Below are positions 10,783 to 20,319 of a stretch of DNA of 64,000 nt, piece after piece. The stretch is from contig NC_090399.1 in the NCBI RefSeq assembly GCF_036365525.1, positions 23,260,529 through 23,324,528 on the forward strand, read 5' to 3'. The stretch is from Heterodontus francisci (Eukaryota). The first letter of the stretch is position 1. Every line of letters begins with the position of its first letter. Made by a program: the position numbers and the translations under genes. The notes under the pieces were generated by a model, which had not been told where the DNA came from, searched no databases, and saw only the letters and a list, made by a program, of their open reading frames with translations.

Positions 10783-11575
10783 TTCTGAAAATACTCAGCA
10801 GGTCAGGCAGCACCTAGTGGAGCAAGAAACCGAGTGAACTGGAAAGTGTTACAGATGTTACAGGCTTTACGCAAGAACAGGTGCAAGGGAAGATTTACTT
10901 GTACTTCTTTCAATTTAGTTACTGAATTTGCTGCTCACAATGCTGTTCTCCTCTAGACTGGAGAGACCAAATGCAGAATGGGTGATCGCTTCGCTGAACG
11001 CCTCTATTCAGACTGCAAGTGTGACCCTGAACTTCCGGTTACCCTGATTATTTTAATTCTGCGCTCCACTCCCACCCTGACCTCTCTGTCCTTGGCCTCC
11101 TACACTGTTCTAATGAAGCTCGAGGAACAGCACCTCATCTTTCAATAAGAAACGTCACAGCACTCTGGACTCCACATTGAGTGCAACAATTTCAGATCAT
11201 AACTGCTGTTTCAGACGGCAGATGCTGGTAATAATTCTGCGGTTGCCATTTACAGCTCTTCCAGACCCATCTTTTCCTCCTTCACCTGTCCCATTACCAT
11301 CCTCTTTTGTCTCGATCACCATCCCTCTTAGCATTTAAATCACTCCTGCCTTCCACTCTATCACAGACCTTCCCTTTTGTTCTTTGCTCTCCTCCCTCCT
11401 TTCCCCGCACCTGTACTTGCTGAAAAGCTGTTACATTTTCCCAGTTTCGACGGTCACTGACCTGAAACATAAACACTGTTGCTCTCTCCGCCTATGTTGA
11501 CATATCGCAAAGTATTTCCAACATTTTCTGTTTATTTTTCAGATTTCCAGCGTCTTCAGTATTTTGTCATTTTTT
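10783..11575 (+). mobile_element. Penelope-like element remnant: GIY-YIG endonuclease end plus pseudo-LTR, with an inverted pLTR piece upstream
   Basis: Degenerate FTCTSFNLV..CCSQC...GETKCRMGDRFAE...EEQHLIF...GLHIE.NNFR at ~10895-11197; 10783-10890 is an inverted copy of the 11430-11570 pLTR segment. Confidence 0.7.
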
Positions 11576-11721
11576 GAAACTCTTTAATGCCCTGGACCCA
11601 CTTCAAGAAGACCCACCACCACCATTTAAAGTCCACTAGAAATGGACAATAAATCCCAGCCTTGACCATATCCCGTGAGTAATTTTTTTTTTTAAATTAA
11701 CAGTGGAATTGATTTTTTTAC

Positions 11722-11817
11722 CTTCAGTTCGTCCATCTTTGCCTCTTCTTTCTTTTTGTTTTCAATCACTTCCTCCATTTTCCTTTCCAACAAATCCAAA
11801 GCTATTTCAAATTCTTC
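11722..11817 (-). CDS. TRIM-A coding exon 2 (coiled coil, 96 bp)
   Basis: TTCCAG|EEFEIALDLLERKMEEVIENKKKEEAKMDELK|GTAAAA; phase 0/0; same size as TRIM-B exon 2. Confidence 0.9.
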
Positions 11818-12039
11818 CTGGAACATTTAATGTATTTAAGTTGTATGAATGAATGAGAGTTCCAGTAAAACCAATAACCTGAGTGTAATTATTGGATCAG
11901 ACGTACTTCATCAGTTCAGTCAACAGTGTGACAGCCAATGTAGGAAAACACTTTGCGTTGGAACCTGAACAATATCAATTAGGAACCATTGATGTTCCTT
12001 AGACATATCTCAGTGTCAGGATAACCACGTGCAATGCTA

Positions 12040-12422
12040 GGCACTGGGACACCTCATATACACAGCCAGGCACTGCGTTACCCCCGTATATATAGTCAGA
12101 CACTGGGTTACCCCATATACATAGCTAGACAATGGAATACCCTTATATACATAGTCAGACACTGGGTTACCCCATATACATAGCTAGACAATGGAATACC
12201 CTCATATACATGGATAGACACTGGGATACCCCATATACATAGCTAGAGACTGAGATATACCATATACATAGCTAGACACTGGGTTACCCCCCATATATGT
12301 AGCTTGAGACTGGGATACCCCATATTCAAGGCTAGACACTGGGATACCCCATATGCATGGCTAGAGACTGAGATACACCATGTACATAGCCAGGCACTGG
12401 GTTAGCCCCCGTATACATAGCT
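12040..12422. repeat. ~29-30-bp minisatellite (ATACATAGCTAGACACTGGGATACCCC-like)
   Basis: About 13 degenerate units visible. Confidence 0.85.
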
Positions 12423-12425
12423 AAA

Positions 12426-12602
12426 GATGTTCCCTGTAAGCTGTGCAGCCACACAGCAACCTGAAAATCCCTATACAGGCCACACACACGTCAGCCTCTT
12501 TAAGTTTCTGTTCATGCATTGCTGTGCACAAAATTTTAAAGGGGCCGTGCACTTTAAAAAAAAAAAATCACCCATGCACACCCCAAAATTTTAGAGGGAA
12601 TC
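12426..12602. mobile_element. Short hAT-like MITE
   Basis: Inverted ends GTTCCCTGTAA ... TTAGAGGGAAT. Confidence 0.45.
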
Positions 12603-12874
12603 GAGTTGGAGGAGGTTACAAAGATGGGGAGGAGCAAGGCCATGGAAAGATTTGAGCACGAGGGTGAGAATTTTAAAATCAAGCTCCCTGACAACACTAT
12701 GAGTGTACGTACACCACTTGGACTGCAGCGGCTCAAGAAGGCGGCTCACCATCACCTTCTCGAGGCCAATTAGGGATGGGAAATAAAATCTGGCCTTGCC
12801 AGCACTGCCTGCATCCCAGGAATAAATAAAAACAATGGGGCGTTACTGGATCAGAAGCCAAAGTGGATTAAACC

Positions 12875-13148
12875 CACCCTCTTTCTTCCCCCCCCCCACC
12901 TTTCTTTCCTCCTCCTCTCCCATTCTCTCCTATCCTATCCCTGTTCCCTACCTCTCTCCCTTCTCCCCTGTCCCTCTCCCCCCCTACCTCTCCATTCATT
13001 CTCTTTATACTTATTCTTCCTCTCCTACCCTCCTCTTTCCCCTTGCTATATTTCTTCCCTCCTCTGTCTACCTCTCCTTTAACTCTCCTACCTCTCTTTC
13101 TCCTCTCCCCTCTATTCCTCCTACCCAACCCCATTTCTCCCCTTCTCA
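12875..13148. repeat. Polypyrimidine/polypurine low-complexity tract in TRIM-A intron 1
   Basis: Almost exclusively C/T on the + strand. Confidence 0.8.
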
Positions 13149-13184
13149 ATATCTACCTGTGCCAGTCGGGTAATGATCCATTAC

Positions 13185-13595
13185 CTTGTATATCTGGGCA
13201 GCCTCTTTTATAGCAACAACATGGTGAGTTTGATGCTCTGAGCTCCAGCAGTCCACACAGATCGCTTGCTGCTCTTCCATACAGAACATCTTCAGCTTCT
13301 CCTTGTGTTCCTCACAGTAAATCTCCTCCACCCGCTGGGTCACCTTCTCCTGCAGCAGTCTGAGCTTCTCCACAACATTGCCCAGGGTCCGAGCCGACCT
13401 GACGTTCCTCTGAGTGAAGAGCTGCCGACACTGGGGGCAGGAAACATCTCCCGGGACCTTCTCCCAGCTCTGAGAGATGCAGCTTCTGCAGAAATGATGC
13501 TCACATTCCAGAGACACCGGGTCGGTGAACATCTCCAGGCAGATGGCACAGGTTAGTTCATGTGTGAGATCCCCCATCTCTTTCCCTGATGCCAT
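13185..13595 (-). CDS. TRIM-A coding exon 1 (RING + B-box2), TRIM39/TRIM69/A33-like E3 ligase
   Basis: MASG..ELTCAICLEMFTDPVSLECEHHFCRSCI..CPQC; CEEH..FC..ICVDC..EHQTH; ends YK|GTAATG donor; 411 bp. Confidence 0.93.
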
Positions 13596-14159
13596 TCCAC
13601 AGCTTGTTGTTCATCTGCCTTTTAGTTTTAACTTTCAGTTCTGCTTCTGAAAAACATTCCCACCCTTTCTGAAATATCACATGGTTCAGAATCAAGAAAG
13701 TTCGTGTTTTTCCCCTGAGTCATCAACAAACATAATTAGACCCAATTGGCAACAAATCAAAGTTCAGACAGGAAATACATTCCAAAAAGTGCTTTTCTAA
13801 AGGGTCAAGGAAATAAGAATGGAAAATTCATTGAAACAAGAGATGGATTAAGAAGAGGTGATAATGGTTCACCTCCTTTCAGATGCTCTTTAAAACATAT
13901 CTCGGACCAAGATTTTGGCAATCTGTCCTAATATCTCCTTAAATGGCTCAGTGCCAAATACAGTTTGTTAACTCTGCTGAGAAGCATCTTGAATGTTCTC
14001 CTCACTTAAAGCTGTTGTTTTTGTTGTTGGAGAATGTCGAAGAGAAAATGGACATGGGTTCAGGTGGTTGAGATCTAAATCCGTTAAACTCCTTTTGCCT
14101 TGTATCATGATCCCTTTTGCTATTTAATCACTCCCGCCCTCCACTCTAACACGGACCAT

Positions 14160-14260
14160 GCAGTCACGGGGAGAACTTGCAAACTCCACACAGGCAGTAC
14201 CCAGAACCGAACCCAGGTCGCTGGAGCTGTGAGGCTGCGGTGCTAACCACTGCGCCGCCC
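14160..14260 (-). mobile_element. HE1/V-SINE 5' part inserted in a Penelope pLTR fragment (14095-14320)
   Basis: tRNA-like head GGCGCAGTGGTTAGCACCGCAGCCTCACAGCTCCAGCGACCTGGGTTCG. Confidence 0.7.
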
Positions 14261-14454
14261 CCAGTCGTTCATCTCCAGCATTTTCCAGTTCTGGTGAAAG
14301 ATCATTGACCTGAAACATCCATACTTTTAAACGGAGGGGCGGTGCGTTCACCATTTTAAGAAACCCAGACAGTAGGAATGTCCAGAAAAGAACTTTATGA
14401 CGCTGCTGGCTGACCTTAGACTCCAAGAACAGAATACACACTTCAGAAAACAGA

Positions 14455-14852
14455 TAGAACCTACATTTATATGGCATCTTTCACAACCCCAGGACGTTCC
14501 AAAGGGCTTCACACTAATAAAGTATTATTGAAGTGTTGTCACTGTTGTGGTGAAAGGTAGCAGCCATATTGTGCACAGGAAGGCCCTGTAAACAGCACTG
14601 AGATCAAGGCCAGATAATCCTGTTTTACTAATATTAGTTCAGAGATAAATGTTGGCCAGGGCATCAAGGAGAAATCTCCTGCTCTTTATCGAATTATATC
14701 CTTTATAGCCACCTGAGAGATCAGGTATAATGTATCATCGAAAGGATGGCACCTCTGATAGTGTAGACCTCCATCAGTACTGCACAGGAATGCCAGCCTA
14801 GATTAGGTGCTCAAGTCTCTTGAGTGGAATCTGATCGCCCGAGCTTCTGACT
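14455..14852 (-). mobile_element. DeuSINE copy
   Basis: Reverse-complement similarity to 1322-1748. Confidence 0.55.
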
Positions 14853-15458
14853 CCCCAGAAGGGGGTGAATTTCCATGAGGGTTCTCCCGCTCATCTGAGG
14901 AAAGCTCAGTGGAAGTGCCACAGAAATCCCAGTCTTTATATTCCTAGAGTCCCCTGTTGATTTACTCACCACTTCTCCTCAACAAGAAGTTGTATTTACA
15001 TAGCATCTTTTAAGATAGTAAGACATCCCAAGGTGCTTCACAGGAGCGTGATCGAATAAAATTTGACCAGTGTTATCAGCCTCCATCACCCTGTCTTGAC
15101 ATTCACCATCCCTTTTGAGCCTCATCCAGTTCCCCATCTTTACCACTGTCAGCGTCATGGTAACCAGTTTCTCTGGGTTTGACTTGTGAATACACTGTTT
15201 TCTTGGACCAGCTTTCCCTTGTTCCTTTACAGTCCACTGGATTCTGAAGGTTAATGGGGAGTTTTGAAGAGCGGTGGAGGTGGGGATGGTGGGAGCGTGT
15301 GTGACACTTTTTACATCGAATACATAGCATTTTACAGGACAGAAACAGGTCATTCAGTCCAATAGGTTGTCAGTGTTGAGTCCACATGAGCCTCCACCCG
15401 TCTTACTTCATTTCACCTTGTCAACATACGCTTCTATTTCGGGCTCCCTCATGCACTT

Positions 15459-15655
15459 AAAAACAAGAAATGCTGGAACCACTCAGCAGGTCTGGCAGCA
15501 TCTGTGAAAAGAGAAGCAGAGTTAACGTTTCGGGTCAGTGACCCTTCTTCAGAACTGACAAATATTGGAAAAGTCACAGGTTATAAGCAAGTGAGGTGGG
15601 GGTGGGGCAAGAGATAACAAAGGAGGAGTAGATTGGACCAGGCCACATAGCTGAA
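15459..15655 (-). mobile_element. Penelope pLTR fragment
   Basis: ACTCAGCAGGTCTGGCAGCATCTGTG..GAGTTAACGTTTCGGGTC motif shared with 1-50, 10783, 11430, 18415, 62005. Confidence 0.7.
15517..15560 (-). ncRNA. Minimal type-I hammerhead ribozyme motif (Penelope-type)
   Basis: Minus strand: CAGUU CUGAAGA A GGGUC-ACU-GACCC GAAAC GUUA ACUCUG; CUGANGA and GAAA cores, stem II, palindromic AACGUU stem III. Confidence 0.65.
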
Positions 15656-16004
15656 TTTTGCTTTTATTATCCCTCATGTACTTATCTGGCTACCCCTAAA
15701 ATGCATCCTAGTTATTCGCCTCAACCACTCCAGTAGTTCCACATTCTCGGCACTGTCTGAGTAAACTTCTCTCCTGAATACCTTATTGTGTTTGTTTGTT
15801 ATATTATTAGCTATTTCTTAAATGTATATTTTATATTTATGGCCCCGAGTGACCCTTGATCTCAATGTTTGTTTTCTACAGCAGGAGTTGATAACCTATG
15901 ACCATGGAAACCATCTTCCGTGCCACCCCCACTTTTTTCCCTCCCCTCCTGAAAGTGCAGTCAGCTCGACACTGTCTCGAACAAAAGAGACCGCTCAATC
16001 GGCA

Positions 16005-16365
16005 GCACTTCCTCCACCATAAACGTCCACTCCCTCCACCGTGGCTGCACTGTGTGCTATCGACAAGAGCACAGCAAACTTGCCAAACGTGCAGCCTATA
16101 CTACCGAGAAAGACAAGATCAGCAGGCGCATGGGAACACCCACCAACACCAAATGACCCATGAGGTCATACACCATTCTGGCTTGGACATCTATAACCGC
16201 CATTCCTTCATCATTGCTGAGTCAAAATCCTGGAACTCCCACTCTAACAGCATTGTGGGTGTATCTACACCACATGGACTGTTGCAGTTTAAGAGGATGG
16301 TCCACCACCACCTCCTTATGGGCAAGAAATGCTGGCCTTGCCAGTGATGCCACATCCCAAGGGTA
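16005..16365 (+). mobile_element. LINE 3' end fragment (tail shared with SINEs at 39575 and 41255)
   Basis: Ends ATGGGCAAGAAATGCTGGCCTTGCCAGTGATGCCACATCCC; the same tail occurs at 12690-12830 and 62570-62725. Confidence 0.55.
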
Positions 16366-16527
16366 AATTTTTTAAATGTTTGGGGTACACTTTTGCATCC
16401 GGTGATCATTTGTTGGTGTCTTGTCCGAGTGGCCATTCTGCATGCCTCATCCTGCACAATGGGTAAGACATTCCACCTTGTGAAAGTCAAAGCCAAGTCG
16501 CTCCTCAACAGCACTGTAACGCCAAGG

Positions 16528-17725
16528 GGGACAGGGGTCGGTACTGCAGCGCCGTGCCCCCTTTGGTGGCTGGGATCGGTACTGCAGCGCCATTGGTGGC
16601 TGGGATCGGTACTGCAGCACCATTGGTGGCAGGAGTCGGTACGGCAGCGCCGTGGCCCCTTTGGTGGCTGGGATCGGTACTGCAGCGTCATTGACGGCGG
16701 GGGTCGGTACTGCAGCGCCTTTGGCGGCAGGGATCGGTACTGCAGCGCCGTGGGCGGTTTGGCGGCAGAGATCGGTACTGTAGCGCCGTGGGCCCTTTGG
16801 CGGCAGGGATCGGTACTGCAGCACCATTGACGGCAGTGGTCGGTACTGCAGCGTCATTGACGGCAGGGGTGGGTACTGCAGCGCCATTGGTGGCTGGGAT
16901 CGGTACTGCAGCACCATTGGCGGCAGGGGTCAGTACTGCAGCGCCTTTGGCGGCAGGGATCGGTACTACGGCAGCGCCGTGGCCCATTTGGTGGCTGGGA
17001 TCGGTACTGCAGCGTCATTGACGGCAGGGGTCGGTACTGCAACGCCTTTGGCGGCAGGGATCGGTACTGCAGCGCCGTGGGCCCTTTGGCGGCAGGGATC
17101 GGTACTGCAGCACCATTGGTGGCAGGGATCGATACTGCAGCGCCGTGGCCCCTTTGGCGGCAGCGATCGGTACTGCAGCGTCATTGACGGCAGGGGTCGG
17201 TACTGCAACGCCTTTGGCGGCAGGGATCGGTACTGCAGCGCCGTGGGCCCTTTGGCGGCAGGGATCGGTACTGCAGCGCCGTGGGCCCTTTGGCGGCAGG
17301 GATCGGTACTGCAGTGCTGTGGGCCCTTTGGCGGCAGGGATCGGTACTGCAGCGTCATTGACGGCAGGGGTCGGTACTGCAGCACCATTGGCGGCAGGGA
17401 TCGGTACTGCAGCACCATTGACGGCAGGGATACTGCAGCGCCGTGGGCCCTTTGGCGGCAGGGATCGGTACTGCAGCGTCGTGGGCCCTTTGGCGGCAGG
17501 GATCGGTACTGCAGCGCCGTGGGCCCTTTGGCGGCAGGGATCAGTACTGCAGCACCATTGACGGCAGGGATCGATACTGCAGCGCCGTGGCCCCTTTGGC
17601 GGCAGGGATCGGTACTGCAGCACCATTGACGGCAGGGATCGATACTGCAGCGCCGTGGCCCCTTTGGCGGCAGGGATCGGTACTGCAGCACCATTGGCGG
17701 CAGGGGTCGGTACGGCAGCGCCGTG
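16528..17725. repeat. CpG-rich minisatellite, 28-38-bp variant units (GGCAGGGATCGGTACTGCAGCGCCGTGGGCCCTTTGGC)
   Basis: About 36 units each with GGTACTGCAGC; CpGs largely retained. Confidence 0.93.
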
Positions 17726-17887
17726 AAGCCCACAATCCCAGGGGAGAGGGTTTCGTCACTTCCAGAGAATGGGCAGGAGGGAAACATTGTGACAGTGAAT
17801 GAAAGAAGGTTGTGTGTAAAAGGAACTGAAGGTTTGTTTTCAGAGCGCCTTCCTTCGCAGCCAGATGCTAACATTGGGTTAAACTGG

Positions 17888-17903
17888 GAAATGAAAGTGA
17901 AAG
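17888..17903 (+). promoter_or_regulatory. IRF-binding element / ISRE (GAAATGAAAGTGAAAG)
   Basis: Three GAAA cores including the canonical AAGTGAAA / GAAAGTGAAA IRF-E, between two divergent TRIM genes. Confidence 0.7.
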
Positions 17904-18519
17904 CACCTTTTCCCTGCAGTTTGCAAAGTGTGAATGTGGCGTGTGCAGAAGTTTGAATAAGTGACGGTGGTGCTGGCAGAGGCAGTGCTGCATCTTAAAC
18001 AACAGCCCAGGAGATTCCAAAATTCGCTTATGAATTGAGAAACTTTTAATTTGTTTGCAAAGTTTTGTGAGGAGTGTCTATGCCCATGCACAGTGTTTAT
18101 GCGTAAAGATGTTGATTTGTAAACACCTACTGCAAACTTTATGAGGGGGAAAAAAGTGTTTTGGGAGCGTGGTGGCATATATCGACAGCACAGGGACTTT
18201 TTCTTTTAAATAACATTGCTGAAATTACTTAAAATGGCGATTTAAACAGTAGCTGTTTGAAACATAAACTCCAGAGCTGAGCTGAGGGAAGTTACCTTGT
18301 GGGCCAGGGTCCATTACCCAAAGCAACAGTCGAATCTGGAAAATCAAGGCTGCCTTTAAGTTCCCCTCACCCTCGAAATTTTGAACTATCACAAGGGTTT
18401 CATTTTACTGTAATCAAAGCAGAAAATGCTGGAAAATTGCATCAGGTTATGAGAGAAACAGTTAATTCCGGTTGATAACCTTTCACCAGAAGTTTGCTTG
18501 ATAGAAAATATATCAAGCT

Positions 18520-18861
18520 AAGTTTAGTTTAGAGATACAACACTGAAACAAGCCCTTCGGCCCACCATCTGAGTCTGTGCCAACCATCAACCACCCATTT
18601 ATACTAATCCTACACTAATCCCATATTCCTACCACATCCCCACCTGTCCCTATATTTCCCTACCACCTACCTATACTAGGGGGAATTTATAACGGCCAAT
18701 TTACCTATCAACCTGCAAGTCTTTGGCATGTGGGAGGAAACCGGAGCACCCAGAGGAAACCCACGCAGACACAGGGAGAACTTGCAAACTCCACACAGGC
18801 AGTACCCAGAATTGAACCCGGGTCGCTGGAGCTGTGAGGCTGCGGTGCTAACCACTGCGCA
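18520..18861 (-). mobile_element. HE1-like V-SINE (tRNA head, CR1-derived tail)
   Basis: A/B boxes, V-domain GTGTGGAGTTTGCAAGTTCTCCC..GTGGGTTTCCTC, tail GGCCGAAGGGC..GTATCTCTAAAC. Confidence 0.85.
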
Positions 18862-19309
18862 ATTGTACATATGTGAATGTACATTATTTAACAGAATTTG
18901 TGTTTTAAATATTCTTGAGTAGGAAACTATAGTTATGGGGAGGGCACTTGCTCTGGGATTATTTTCACTGGAGGCAGGATGAGATTTAATTAAGGTTTTT
19001 AAAATTATGAAGTGAGTTGACAGAAAATGAGACTGATGGGGTCTCAGTGATAAAATGTCATCAATTGAGAAAATTTCAGAAATGTATTTACATAGAGTTG
19101 TTGGAGCATCGAATGTTTTGCCGCAGGGAGAGGTTGAAGCAGTGACCATTGCATTTTGGGACAAGTTGTTGAAATATTTGAAGCAGAGAAAAATATATGA
19201 TTTTGGGGGGGGGGGAGTAGGCGTACAGTGGGGTTAGACTTTGATTGCTCGAGCAAAGATGTGATGGGCCTAATGGCCTCTTTCTATGTTGTCAGTTTTA
19301 GTAAGAAAG

Positions 19310-19742
19310 AACTTTAATTTACTGGGTGGCTTTCATGTCATTGGGATGTCCCAGAGTGTTTTACAGCCAATGAAGTGCCATCTAAAGTATAGTCACTGTT
19401 GTTCTGTAGGAAATGGAGCAGATCATTTGCGCACAGCAAGGTCCCACAGCCAGTAATGACTAGATAATGTGTTTTTAAGGGACAGAACTTTTGGGTACTA
19501 GGGAGAACGCCCCTGCTATTCTTCAAAATAGTGCTGGGGGATCTTATATGTTTACCAAAGAGGACTGGGACCGACCATGGTTCAACACCACCTCGTAAAG
19601 ACGGTTCCTCTGACAGTGCAGCACTGTCAGTACCGGGCGGGAGTGTCAGCCCAGATTATGGGGTCAAGTCTCTGGAGTGCGGGTTGAATCCAAAGCCTCC
19701 TGACGCAGGTGAACGTGCTACCCACTAAGCAGTAGCTGACAG
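19310..19742 (-). mobile_element. DeuSINE copy
   Basis: Reverse-complement similarity to 1322-1748. Confidence 0.55.
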
Positions 19743-19902
19743 TTTGCGATTAAAAGTTCCACTTAATCTGAAATGAAGGTGACTGGGAAGGTCATAGTGA
19801 GGATGTGTATTAATTTTGATTTTTTTTTATATATATATAACTGTTTTTAAGGTGGATATTTGAGAAGGATTGGAAGGATATTCTTTCCAAGTTGGGTTGA
19901 GA

Positions 19903-20316
19903 ATGGCAACTGGTCAGCATGTCAACCGACTCTTTGGTGAAGTGACCTGCTCCATCTGCCTGGATTTCTTCCAGGAGCCAGTGGCACTGGAGTGCGAACA
20001 CAACTTCTGCCGGCTCTGCATCTCCCGAAGTTGGGAGCAGGGAGGCACCTTCTACTCCTGCCCCGAGTGCCGGGAGGAGTTCCGTGAGAAGAAGCTGAAG
20101 CCCAACCGCATGCTGGCCAACATCGTGGAGGGGGTAAGGGAGCTGAAACTGGAGCCTCACCAGGGCCACCCTGCCTTCTATTGCCAGCGGCACGAGGAAC
20201 GCCGCAAGCTCTTCTGCCAGGACTGCCAGGAGGCCATCTGTGTGGTGTGCTCGTGTGCCAGGGAGCATCGGGGCCACAGCTTCATCCCCGTTGAGGAGGC
20301 TGCTGTTCTCTACAAG
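19903..20316 (+). CDS. TRIM-B exon 1 (RING + B-box2)
   Basis: MATG..EVTCSICLDFFQEPVALECEHNFCRLCI..CPEC; CQRH..FCQD..ICVVC..EHRGH; YK|GTGAGA donor; 414 bp. Confidence 0.95.
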
Positions 20317-20319
20317 GTG

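Noticed and set aside
1-11700. TRIM-A exons 3-6
   Set aside because: No ~231-bp coiled-coil, 23-bp or PRY/SPRY exon recognised on the - strand; they probably lie left of the window, so TRIM-A is not called a pseudogene
13146-13184. ORF extensions past TRIM exon ends (also 20317-20364, 36611-36742, 42199-42321)
   Set aside because: Read-through into introns beyond canonical GT donors
13660-13680. STAT GAS element
   Set aside because: TTCTGAA lacks the TTC-N3-GAA spacing
16820-16845. REST/RE1 sites in the minisatellite (CAGCACCATTGACGGC)
   Set aside because: Right half-site GGACAG is not matched
16191-17874. Overlapping repetitive ORFs (up to 302 aa)
   Set aside because: Translations of the CpG-rich minisatellite in all frames
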